From: Candidatus Latescibacterota bacterium
GTDB taxonomy: Bacteria; Latescibacterota; UBA2968
Direction: 5' to 3'
Length of the DNA: 64,000 bases
Assembly: GCA_965204375.1 (NCBI GenBank)
Contig: OZ241986.1
Coordinates: 5,344,001 to 5,408,000 of the forward strand
Of this stretch, positions 29,663 through 38,256 are shown one piece after another. Numbering within the stretch: position 1 is the stretch's first letter; the number at the start of each line of letters is the position of its first letter. Both the position numbers and the translations under genes were made by a program. A model generated the notes under the pieces. That model did no database searches. It worked only from the letters and a program-made list of their open reading frames with translations, and was not told the DNA's origin.

Positions 29663-30171
29663 GAATTTTCCTTTGGCAAAGCCTTGCGGGCAATCAAGAT
29701 GGCACCGATGATGGCCAGGAGCAAAACGAGGGAGAGGGCTTCAAAGACGACGTTGTAATGCGTGAGCAGTGCATGACCCAATGCACCCACAGACCAGGCT
29801 TTTTCAGATGCCGGGGACGCGATTTGCTGGAATTGCGCGCCGCGGATCAGATGGGCAACTGCGCCAAAAAAGATAACGGCACAGGCTATGGCGAAGCCGA
29901 GTTTTCGGGTGTCGGGATCGGGCGGGCGGATAGACATGGCTATCGAGAGCATCATGGCAAATACAATGGCAACGGTTATGCCGCCGATATAGATGAGTAC
30001 TTGCATTGCCGCGACAAATGGACTGCCGAGGTTGAGAAATAGCCCCGCCAGCCCCAGGAGGCTGATACCCAGACCGATGATGGCGTAGAGTATCTGGCGA
30101 GAAAATGCCGCCAGGCCTCCACCGATGAGGACGAGGGCTACAAATGTGTAGATGGCAGTCTGTTCGAGCAT
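29659..30171 (-). CDS. nuoJ: Complex I subunit J
   Basis: QVLIYIGGI, FEALSLVLLLAIIGA; AGGAG RBS before ATG 30171. Confidence 0.9.
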   Translation of the reverse strand: MLEQTAIYTFVALVLIGGGLAAFSRQILYAIIGLGISLLGLAGLFLNLGSPFVAAMQVLIYIGGITVAIVFAMMLSIAMSIRPPDPDTRKLGFAIACAVIFFGAVAHLIRGAQFQQIASPASEKAWSVGALGHALLTHYNVVFEALSLVLLLAIIGAILIARKALPKENS

Positions 30172-30185
30172 TGTTGTTCTCCTGA

Positions 30186-30276
30186 AGGCGATCAGCATTC
30201 AGCGGTCAGCCCGCTCCACTACCCTTCTTTCCACTTCACACTTCTTACTTCACACTTCTTACTTCCTACTTCTTAC
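30186..30276. repeat. Heptamer repeats in the nuoI-nuoJ spacer
   Basis: CTTCACA/CTTCTTA units and TCAGCGGTCAGC; overlaps the nuoI stop codon. Confidence 0.7.
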
Positions 30277-30798
30277 CTTTTTCGCTTTTCTTGCTGCGGC
30301 TTTTCTGGCGCGTTCTGCGGCTTGTTCGGCTTCGATTTCTTTCAGGCGTTCGCGCGCGGCTTCTTCTTTGTCTGCCCACGGTTCGAGTAAGTCGTAGAGA
30401 AAGTCGCTGCGATTGTATCCGGCTTCGTCGTGGACTTTGCTGTATCCCAGGGTGTCTGTGGGGCATACGTCTAAGCACAGTCCGCAGTCGCTGCACAGGG
30501 CAAAATCGACTTCGAATTTGGTCGATCTTTTGCGCCTTAATCCTTCGGGGCGTTCCCCGTCGAGGTAAATGCAAAAGGAGGGGCACACGCGCTCACAGAG
30601 TTTGCAGTCGATGCAATCGTGCGAGCCTATGTCTTCTTTTTCGATGAGGACAATGACATTGCGGAACGCTTCCGACATCTCGATTTTTTCCATTGGATAT
30701 TGCGAGGTGACGGGCGGTTTGCGAAAGTTGTCCAGTGTGACTTTCATGCCGGTCAGGAGCGTTTTGGTGCCGTCGAGGATTTCTTTTATGAGTGCCAT
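30259..30798 (-). CDS. nuoI: Complex I subunit I (2x[4Fe-4S])
   Basis: CIDCKLCERVCP and CSDCGLCLDVCP. Confidence 0.92.
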   Translation of the reverse strand: MALIKEILDGTKTLLTGMKVTLDNFRKPPVTSQYPMEKIEMSEAFRNVIVLIEKEDIGSHDCIDCKLCERVCPSFCIYLDGERPEGLRRKRSTKFEVDFALCSDCGLCLDVCPTDTLGYSKVHDEAGYNRSDFLYDLLEPWADKEEAARERLKEIEAEQAAERARKAAARKAKKVRSRK

Positions 30799-30823
30799 GG
30801 GATTTTCCTGTGAGATGAAAGTT

Positions 30824-31798
30824 CTATACGATTTTCAAGACGAGTGTTGTGATTAGCAGGTTGATCAGCGAGAGGGGGACGAGTACCACCCAGGCGAATT
30901 TCATGAGCTGGTCAAAGCGGAGCCTCGGAAAAGTCCAGCGAAACCACATCATGAGGACGATGAGTGCATAGACTTTGATGAAGAACCATACGGCGTCTGG
31001 CAGGAAAGGCCCGCGCCATCCCCCCAGGAAGAGCACGGTTGCCAATGCGCATGCAAAGATCATGTTGGAGTATTCGGCAAAGAAGAACAGTCCAAAGCGC
31101 ATGCCGGAATATTCGGTGTGGAATCCGGCGACGAGTTCGGATTCCGCTTCGGGGATGTCAAAGGGGGCGCGATTGGTTTCGGCTGTGGCTGATATGATAA
31201 AGATGATCAGGGCAATGGGTTGTACCAGTATAAAGGGATAGGTTTCCTGTGCGAGGGTGATGTCGTAGAGCGACATGGTGCGGGTTATCATGACGATGGG
31301 GATGACCGATAGGATGAGGGGGATTTCGTAGGAGATATTTTGCGCGACTGAGCGCACGGCGCCGAGCAGGGCGTATTTGTTATTGGATCCCCAGCCTGCT
31401 AAGAATATGCCGATTACGTTGATGCCGCTGATGGCGAGGATGAGGACAATGGCGATGTTGAAGTCGTGGAATATGTAGGTGCTCGTTATGGGAAAGAGGG
31501 ACGAGAGGGCGACGACGGGCGCAAAGACCAGGATGGGCGCGATGATATAGAGCAGTTTGTTGGCGTGTTCGGGTGTGAGGAGTTCTTTGCTGAGTAATTT
31601 GCCCATGTCAAAAATTTGCTGCATCAGGCCAAAGGGTCCGCGTTGCGGGCCAATGCGGCGCTGTATGCGCGCGCTGAGTTTGCGTTCGAGCCAGATCAAC
31701 ATGATGGCGTTGACGCTCAAATAGGCCATGATGACGGCTATGGTTACACCGAGCGCGATATAGGGGTTTTCAAAAAGTTGGATGACGTCTGTTTTCAT
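30824..31798 (-). CDS. nuoH: Complex I subunit H
   Basis: ERKLSARIQRRIGP, AETNRAPFDIPEAESELVAGFHTEYSG, PRLRFDQLM. Confidence 0.95.
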   Translation of the reverse strand: MKTDVIQLFENPYIALGVTIAVIMAYLSVNAIMLIWLERKLSARIQRRIGPQRGPFGLMQQIFDMGKLLSKELLTPEHANKLLYIIAPILVFAPVVALSSLFPITSTYIFHDFNIAIVLILAISGINVIGIFLAGWGSNNKYALLGAVRSVAQNISYEIPLILSVIPIVMITRTMSLYDITLAQETYPFILVQPIALIIFIISATAETNRAPFDIPEAESELVAGFHTEYSGMRFGLFFFAEYSNMIFACALATVLFLGGWRGPFLPDAVWFFIKVYALIVLMMWFRWTFPRLRFDQLMKFAWVVLVPLSLINLLITTLVLKIV

Positions 31799-31829
31799 AA
31801 AATAGCTTTCAGCGGTCAGCAGTTAGAGA

Positions 31830-32144
31830 TTAGCCTTCAGTAATCAGGGAACGATCCGTAAAGTTGCTGCGATTCTTTGGTTCCATCCATGCTGGAAGGG
31901 CGGTCCCGGTAGCTTCCGCATACAAGGTCTCTGGCGCTATGTCTATCTCGTTGTTCCAGGTCAGGACCCCAAGTTCCTTGTTGACAACGAAGTTGCGAAA
32001 GAACTCAATATCCCTGAATCGCTCAAATACACCTCGCCTCTCTAAATACTTTGAGAAGTCAACTATTCCGCGTTGGCCGTCATCGAATTCTATTTCGATA
32101 AGGTAGTCACCGCGATAGACGGCTGAAACAACATCGTGTAGCAT
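31830..32144 (-). CDS. DUF2442 family protein
   Basis: YLIEIEFDDG, GVFERFRD, LTWNNEIDIAPETLY; GAGG RBS before ATG 32144. Confidence 0.8.
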   Translation of the reverse strand: MLHDVVSAVYRGDYLIEIEFDDGQRGIVDFSKYLERRGVFERFRDIEFFRNFVVNKELGVLTWNNEIDIAPETLYAEATGTALPAWMEPKNRSNFTDRSLITEG

Positions 32145-32159
32145 AGTATCCTCTTTATC

Positions 32160-32200
32160 CTTCTTGCCTTTCTTCGTGTTTCTTCGTGTCCTTTGTGGAT
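32160..32200. repeat. Short tandem repeat (CTTCGTGT type)
   Basis: TTCTTGCCTTTCTTCGTGTTTCTTCGTGTCCTTTGTGGAT. Confidence 0.6.
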
Positions 32201-32234
32201 CTCTATCTATCAATTTCTGGAACGACAATTTGTT

Positions 32235-32426
32235 TCATCTTGTTATATCGCTAGTTTTTGAGACGGTCTGATCAAAGATGGTTTGTAAGGGTGTTCGAAA
32301 TTCTCGGTTTGATTCTCGTTCCTGCCGTCTGAGGTCTTCGCATATCGCGTGAAGATCATTATTAAATCGTTCAGCGTAAGCACGGCTAATTTGGCGTATT
32401 TCATTTACGATGGGGTCATCAATCAT
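32235..32426 (-). CDS. Small partner (putative antitoxin) of PIN protein
   Basis: MIDDPIVNEIRQISRAYAERFNNDLHAICEDL; start overlaps the PIN gene end; similar to 50918-51100. Confidence 0.65.
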   Translation of the reverse strand: MIDDPIVNEIRQISRAYAERFNNDLHAICEDLRRQERESNREFRTPLQTIFDQTVSKTSDITR

Positions 32427-32901
32427 CGTCGGCCTCCAATAATTCTTCGGGTGTACAGAGGATGGGCGGATCGTATTCAGCAGCACGACAGATGCTCTCT
32501 ATCGCAGGGCGAAGCGAGGCATTCAAGATGTGTCGGAAGTTCCACGATACGAGATATTGTACTCCGTGCGTGGCAGCCAAGGCGATATGCAATGCATCAC
32601 GCGGCTGGTTGTCTGGAATTGCATGGCCTTGAATAAGAGTGGCGGCCAGAGATTCTGCATTTGATGTAACCGGAAGAACGGGTATGCCTTCAATGCTGTC
32701 GAGGCGGTCCTTTACAGCTTTTGAGTCGCCATCCGAGCATTCGCGGATTACCAGTTGGGAAACAAATAGATCAAACCTTTGAGCAGCAGTTGACCACCAC
32801 AATTTTGTCGTGTTCTGATGACCGGCGATAGTCACATCTTGATGAGGCCAAGATGTTAGATAGCCGATAACCGATGTTTCGATATAGACGCTACGATTCA
32901 T
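32419..32901 (-). CDS. PIN domain (VapC-like) toxin
   Basis: VYIETSV, SQLVIREC, DALHIALA, LVSWNFRH, ILCTPEELL. Confidence 0.88.
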   Translation of the reverse strand: MNRSVYIETSVIGYLTSWPHQDVTIAGHQNTTKLWWSTAAQRFDLFVSQLVIRECSDGDSKAVKDRLDSIEGIPVLPVTSNAESLAATLIQGHAIPDNQPRDALHIALAATHGVQYLVSWNFRHILNASLRPAIESICRAAEYDPPILCTPEELLEADDD

Positions 32902-32917
32902 TTGACCATTTCTTTTT

Positions 32918-34048
32918 TTATCTGTCAATTTCGGGAACGACGATGTCGATGCTGCCCAGAATAGCTACAGCATCGGCGAGCATGGTGCCGGCCATGACGG
33001 CGGGCATGGCCGAGATGTGTGAAAATGATGGGGTTCGCAATTTGAGGCGAAAGGGGATGTCGCTGCCGTCACTTGCGATGTACATGCCGAAGTTGCCTCG
33101 GGGTGATTCTACGCAGAAGTAATAGTCGCCTTCGGGCGGGCGGATGCGTCTGGGCACCCGGGCTGCGAGAAAGAGGCCATCGGGCATGTCGCTTACGGCT
33201 TGTTCGATGATGCGAATGCTCTGGCGCATTTCTTCCATGCGAACGAGTGTGCGGGCAAAGCAGTCGCCTTCTGTTTGTGTGGGCACGTCAAAGTCAAAAC
33301 GGTCGTAGATGCCATAGGGTTCGTCTCTGCGGACGTCGTGTTCATGGCCCATGGCGCGCAAACAGGGGCCTGTTATGGCGTATTTTTGTACGAGGTCGGG
33401 CGCGAAGATACCGACGCCAATGGTGCGTTCGCGGAAGATGACGTTGCCGATGACGAGTTTTTCGTATTCTTTTAAGCGTTCGACAAAATAGGTGCAAAAG
33501 TTGGAGACATTGTCGAGGAATACGTCGTCGATGTCGAGAATGACGCCGCCAAATCGCGCGTAACAATAGGTGAGGCGCGATCCGGTGATGCGGTCGAGGA
33601 TGTCGAGGATTTTTTCCCGGTCGTCAAAGGCGTAGAGAAATGGGGTAAATGCGCCCAGGTCCATCAAAAAGGTGCCCAGCCAGAGCAGGTGGCTGGAGAT
33701 GCGGTTGAGTTCATTGCAGATGATGCGGATGTATTCGGCGCGTTCTGGCACTTCGATGTCCATCGCGCGTTCTACGGCTTGACAATAGCCTATGTTGTAG
33801 ATCATGCCGCCGAGATAATCCACGCGGCTCGGGTTGGGCAAAAACTGGATATAGTCGCGGTTTTCGGCCATCTTTTCGTGTGCGCGATGCCCGTAGCCGA
33901 TGATGGGTTCTGCCGAAATTATGCGTTCGCCATCCAGGTGCAGTTTGATCCGCATGACGCCGTGGGTAGAGGGATGCTGAGGCCCCATGTTGAGATAATA
34001 GGTATCTCGACTTTTCGGATCTTGTTCGACCTCAAATCGGCTGTTCAT
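32918..34048 (-). CDS. nuoD: Complex I subunit D
   Basis: NMGPQHPSTHG, RVDY, ESPRG, EIDR end; no NiFe CxxC ligands. Confidence 0.95.
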   Translation of the reverse strand: MNSRFEVEQDPKSRDTYYLNMGPQHPSTHGVMRIKLHLDGERIISAEPIIGYGHRAHEKMAENRDYIQFLPNPSRVDYLGGMIYNIGYCQAVERAMDIEVPERAEYIRIICNELNRISSHLLWLGTFLMDLGAFTPFLYAFDDREKILDILDRITGSRLTYCYARFGGVILDIDDVFLDNVSNFCTYFVERLKEYEKLVIGNVIFRERTIGVGIFAPDLVQKYAITGPCLRAMGHEHDVRRDEPYGIYDRFDFDVPTQTEGDCFARTLVRMEEMRQSIRIIEQAVSDMPDGLFLAARVPRRIRPPEGDYYFCVESPRGNFGMYIASDGSDIPFRLKLRTPSFSHISAMPAVMAGTMLADAVAILGSIDIVVPEIDR

Positions 34049-34140
34049 TAAGCACCTTTCATCCGCGTGTATTTGCGAATACTTTGATTTTATCTGCGTC
34101 CATCTGCGTCCATCTGTGGATCGACCTCAAATCGATTCAT
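34049..34140 (-). repeat. GCAGATGGAC-type repeat insert with duplicated nuoD start
   Basis: CGATTTGAGGTCGA occurs at 34026-34039 and 34121-34134, flanking ATCCACAGATGGACGCAGATGGACGCAGAT. Confidence 0.75.
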
Positions 34141-34598
34141 GACGCGTCGTCCTCACTGCGATAGGGATTGGGGGGATCGACGAAGTCTTTGAGCAGGGGG
34201 TGGCCAAAATAATCTTCTTCCATTAAAATGCGTTTCAAATCGGGATGGCCTTCAAAGCTGACGCCATACATGTCGAAAATTTCGCGTTCGTACCAGTCGG
34301 CAGCGGGAAATATTGTGGCAATACTGGGTGCTGTTGCATCGGGTGCTATGTCGGCGTGGATGACATGCCGTTGGGGAATGCCGTATTGGTTAAACTGGTA
34401 GATCAGGCGAAAAGTATTGTCGTTTTCACGTCGATCCTGACAGGTTATCATTTCGAGGTGAAAATTTTCGGACAGGAAGGCATCTGCGATCTGAGGGAGC
34501 GTGTCGGCTGAAGTGGTGTATTGTACATGAAAGCCACGCGCGTTATATTTGGCCTCGGTCGCGTTGAGCAGGAGTGAAGATAGTTTGTCGGCGATCAT
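34137..34598 (-). CDS. nuoC: Complex I subunit C
   Basis: [34 protein letters not shown]. Confidence 0.93.
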   Translation of the reverse strand: MIADKLSSLLLNATEAKYNARGFHVQYTTSADTLPQIADAFLSENFHLEMITCQDRRENDNTFRLIYQFNQYGIPQRHVIHADIAPDATAPSIATIFPAADWYEREIFDMYGVSFEGHPDLKRILMEEDYFGHPLLKDFVDPPNPYRSEDDAS

Positions 34599-35128
34599 TT
34601 ATTGAATTTCTTTCCGGCTCGGATTTTTTCTTCGAGTTTGAACAGTGCCGCAAAGAGCGCTTCGGGACGCGGGGGGCAACCCGGTACGTACACATCAACT
34701 GGCACAATTTTGTCTGCGCCTTCGACAATGGCATATTGTCCGGGATATTTAAAGGGGCCGCCATCAATGGTGCATCCCCCCATGGCTATGGACCATTTTG
34801 GCGAGGGCATCTGGTCCCAGAGCGTTTTGATGGCTGGTGCCATTTTGCGGGAGATTGTGCCTGCGAGAATCATGACGTCGGCTTGTCGCGCACTCGGGCG
34901 GAAGACGCCCGCGCCAATGCGGTCGAGGTCAAAGCGGGCTGCGCCTGCGGCCATCATTTCGATGGCGCAACAGGCCAGGCCGAATGTGAGGGGCCACAGG
35001 GATCGAGACCGGGCGTGGTTGAGCAGGTTTTCCAGCAGGTCCATGTGTACCAGTGGGCCGACCTCTTCACGCAGTTCTTCAATGTCTTTGGGGTCTCCTG
35101 ATACGAGAGGGAGTTCTATTTGTGCCAT
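34595..35128 (-). CDS. nuoB: Complex I subunit B
   Basis: [27 protein letters not shown]. Confidence 0.95.
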   Translation of the reverse strand: MAQIELPLVSGDPKDIEELREEVGPLVHMDLLENLLNHARSRSLWPLTFGLACCAIEMMAAGAARFDLDRIGAGVFRPSARQADVMILAGTISRKMAPAIKTLWDQMPSPKWSIAMGGCTIDGGPFKYPGQYAIVEGADKIVPVDVYVPGCPPRPEALFAALFKLEEKIRAGKKFNK

Positions 35129-35502
35129 TATCGACTTCTCCAGTGCAAAACGCCTTTGCTCCAGGCGTAGATGATGGCGAGAAAAAGAATGCCGACGAAG
35201 ATTGTGAGTTCGATGAAGTCGCGCCAGACGTAGGTGCCCGAATCGTAGATTACGGCGATGGGAAGAATATACAGTACATCGACTTCAAACGCGACAAAGA
35301 TGAGTGCAAATAGATAATAGGCAATGTCGAAGCGCACCCAGGCACTGCCAATTGTGTCCATGCCGCATTCGTAGGTTTCGCGGCTTTTGCGACCGCGCGC
35401 GCGAGGGGATATGATCAGGGGCAGAACGACGGGAATTGCTCCGAGGACAATGCCCGAGAGGAGCAGGGCACCGAGAAAGCCGTATTGCGAAAACCAGTCC
35501 AT
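35128..35502 (-). CDS. nuoA: Complex I subunit A
   Basis: [21 protein letters not shown]. Confidence 0.93.
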   Translation of the reverse strand: MDWFSQYGFLGALLLSGIVLGAIPVVLPLIISPRARGRKSRETYECGMDTIGSAWVRFDIAYYLFALIFVAFEVDVLYILPIAVIYDSGTYVWRDFIELTIFVGILFLAIIYAWSKGVLHWRSR

Positions 35503-35519
35503 TGTGTTCTCCTATCTGC

Positions 35520-37826
35520 TCAGTCCGCTGCCTGACCATGGCTGCCATCCGCTTCCCATAGTGCTTTCAGGACTCGCGATGGCGACATTGGCAACTCGTT
35601 TAGCCGAATGCCAACAGCGCGGTAAATTGCATTGGCGACTGCGGCTGGCGGCGGGACGATTGGCACTTCGCCCACGCCTCGTACGCCATAAGGATGGCCC
35701 GGGTTGGGCACTTCTACGATGACGGTTTCTATCATGGGGAGGTCGAGTGTTGTGGGCATCCGATAATCCAGGAAAGAGGCGTTGACCATTACCCCCTGGT
35801 CGTTGTACACAAATTCCTCGTTCAATGCCCATCCGATTCCCTGTACCACGCCGCCCTGCATCTGTCCTTCTACATAGCCGGGATAAATGGCTTTGCCAGC
35901 GTCCTGAACAATGGTCGCCCGCAAGATATCTACTTTGCCCGTGTCTGGATCTACTTCGACATCTACGATTAATAGCGCGAATGCCGGGCCGGCTTGCTTG
36001 CCGCTTATGGCAGCGCGTCCTACGACCGGACCGCCTGCACGGTTGACTCTGCCGGCGAGTTCTTTGAATGTGATGGATTTGGATGCGTCCGATTTGGAGC
36101 GGAAGGTTCCGTCTTCAAAGACGATGTCGTCTTTTGATATTTCCCATAATGTCGCCGCTCTTTCTATCATTTGGCGCTTGACATCTTGAGCCGCTTCATA
36201 GCTCGCCCAGCCGGTTGCAAATGTCACGCGGCTTCCGCCCGTTCCATCGGTTTGTCCGATGGTGTCGGTGTCTGTGACATTTGGTTTTATGTCTTCGATG
36301 GGCAGGTTCAGGACTTCGGCAAATTGTATGGCGACTGAGGTGCGCGTGCCTCCGATATCGGGTGAGCCTTCGACGAGTGCTACTGTGCCGTCCGGGTTGA
36401 CGCTTGCGACTACTGTTGATGTGCCTCCGCCGTTGAACCAGAATCCGGCGGCGACGCCGCGTCCCCGATTCGGTCCTTCAAGGGGCGCGCTGTAGTGCGG
36501 ATGCGCTATGGCAGCTTTTACGACTTCTTCCTGGCCAATGCGCAAGAAAACCGGTCCATCGGCCCGTCGCGTGCCTTCTTTGGACGCGTTTTTCAATCGA
36601 AATTCGAGGGGGTCCATTCCGATTTGCTCGCATATCTCATCTATTACTGTTTCAGATGCAAATGCCGCATTGGTTGCGCCGGGTGCGCGGTAAGCGGACG
36701 ATTGGGGTTTGTTTACGACGACATCGTAGCCGTCGATGAGGGAGTTTGGGATGTTGTAGGGCGAGAAAATACATCCCGCACCAGCGCCTACGGCAGAGCC
36801 GGGATAGGCTCCAGCTTCATAAGCCATGTAGGCTTGTGCCGCTGTTAGCATGCCGTCCCGCGTTGCGCCCATTTTGACTTTGATGTAGGATGCGGGCGTT
36901 GGTCCGGTGGCTTTTAATACTTCTGTACGGGACATGACCATTTTTACGGGTTTTCCGGTTTTTTGCGCCAGCAGGGCTGCGGTCGGTTCTTCATATACGC
37001 GGAATTTTCCGCCAAATCCGCCCCCAATTTCCTGCGGGATTACGCGGATGTCACCCACTTCGAGGCCGAGTACGTCGGCGACCTGGCCGCGCACTTCAAA
37101 TGGTCCCTGCGTGCTGCACCATATTGTGAGCTTTCCGCTTTCGCTCCAGTGTGCGGTTACGTTGTGGGGTTCGATGTAGCCCTGATGTACTGTTCCGGTC
37201 GCAAATTCCCGCTCTATGACTACGTCCGCTTCTTCAAATCCCTTTTCTATGTCTCCCTGTTTGTGCTGGAAGTGGTTTGCGATGTTGCTCGCCCGGTCCG
37301 TTTCTTCGCCGAGGGATTTCATTTTTAAGTCGTCGTGCAATAGTGGGGCGTCGTCTTCCATTGCGTGGCGGACTTCGAGTACGGGTTCGAGTATTTCGTA
37401 TTCTACATCGATGAGGTTTAATGCTTCTTCTGCGATGTGTGCAGAGGTGGCTGCCACGGCTGCTACGGCGTGTCCGTCGTAGAGTACTTTGTCTCCGGCG
37501 AGTACATTGGCTATTAGGAACCGCAGATCGACGGATCCCTCACCGAGGTCGGATACTTTGTCTTCGTAATTTTGAACGAGGTCTTTTCCCAGTACGATGG
37601 CTTTTACGCCGGGTAGTGCCTCGGCTTTGCTGGTGTCGATGGATTTGATCCGCGCATGCCCATGAGGGCTTCGCAGCGTTTTGCCGTATAGCGATCCGGT
37701 TAAGTGAAAGTCTGGTCCATAGACCGCGCGGCCCGTCACTTTATCGGTTCCATCGTGCCGAATGGGTCGCGTGCCCACTACTTTGTAATTTTCAATTCCC
37801 AAATAGTCTTCTTTTTTAATCGCCAT
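35520..37826 (-). CDS. Xanthine dehydrogenase family molybdopterin-binding large subunit
   Basis: KVTGRAVY, RSPHGHARI, GGGFGGK, AYRAPG, GQMQGGVVQGIG, RGVGEVP. Confidence 0.93.
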   Translation of the reverse strand: MAIKKEDYLGIENYKVVGTRPIRHDGTDKVTGRAVYGPDFHLTGSLYGKTLRSPHGHARIKSIDTSKAEALPGVKAIVLGKDLVQNYEDKVSDLGEGSVDLRFLIANVLAGDKVLYDGHAVAAVAATSAHIAEEALNLIDVEYEILEPVLEVRHAMEDDAPLLHDDLKMKSLGEETDRASNIANHFQHKQGDIEKGFEEADVVIEREFATGTVHQGYIEPHNVTAHWSESGKLTIWCSTQGPFEVRGQVADVLGLEVGDIRVIPQEIGGGFGGKFRVYEEPTAALLAQKTGKPVKMVMSRTEVLKATGPTPASYIKVKMGATRDGMLTAAQAYMAYEAGAYPGSAVGAGAGCIFSPYNIPNSLIDGYDVVVNKPQSSAYRAPGATNAAFASETVIDEICEQIGMDPLEFRLKNASKEGTRRADGPVFLRIGQEEVVKAAIAHPHYSAPLEGPNRGRGVAAGFWFNGGGTSTVVASVNPDGTVALVEGSPDIGGTRTSVAIQFAEVLNLPIEDIKPNVTDTDTIGQTDGTGGSRVTFATGWASYEAAQDVKRQMIERAATLWEISKDDIVFEDGTFRSKSDASKSITFKELAGRVNRAGGPVVGRAAISGKQAGPAFALLIVDVEVDPDTGKVDILRATIVQDAGKAIYPGYVEGQMQGGVVQGIGWALNEEFVYNDQGVMVNASFLDYRMPTTLDLPMIETVIVEVPNPGHPYGVRGVGEVPIVPPPAAVANAIYRAVGIRLNELPMSPSRVLKALWEADGSHGQAAD

Positions 37827-37874
37827 AGCGCGGTCCTCGTAGGGAGAGGTGAGTTTTAAAATGGTGATAGTTTA

Positions 37875-37903
37875 ATTATAACAAAGTATATATCTTCAGA
37901 CAA
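37875..37903 (-). promoter_or_regulatory. Sigma70 promoter for the xdh-nuo operon
   Basis: TTGTCT-N17-TATAAT with TG extended -10. Confidence 0.6.
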
Positions 37904-37907
37904 ATAA

Positions 37908-38103
37908 TCAAGCGGATACAAATGACATTTCCAATCGCTCGCGTACTGGCACCGCGTATTGTCCGGCTGCGCGAATTGCTTCTACCATGCCTCGTTCTGA
38001 CGCTATTCCCTGCCTTGATCACGACCTCTGGTCCAATTCCCGCCGGGTCGCCCACGGTTACGCCAATCACCGGGCGTTCTGTCAATTCAGCCACGAAAAC
38101 CAC
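37908..38103 (-). pseudogene. pdxA: Collapsed pdxA-family remnant
   Basis: N-terminus RPVIGVTVGDPAGIGPEVVIKA joined out of frame to C-terminal-like GIASERGMVEAIRAA; AGGAGG RBS. Confidence 0.75.
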
Positions 38104-38256
38104 CTCCTGTTCAAAGAATAAGCGTTCCCTGAACCACTGTCAACCGCATTGAGCTTCATTCGACAAAACGCCCTGTTTTCATTTTTCTTTTACTGTTGCG
38201 AAAATATCAGGTATATAATACAGAAAAGATGTGAAATCTAACACGGGAGGAGCGTT

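Noticed and set aside
32918-35128. Group 4 [NiFe] hydrogenase
   Set aside because: The large subunit lacks both CxxC motifs and NuoB has the tandem CC typical of complex I.
35520-37826. Aerobic CO dehydrogenase CoxL
   Set aside because: The active-site loop is AYRAPG, not AYXCSFR; no coxM/S or accessory genes nearby.
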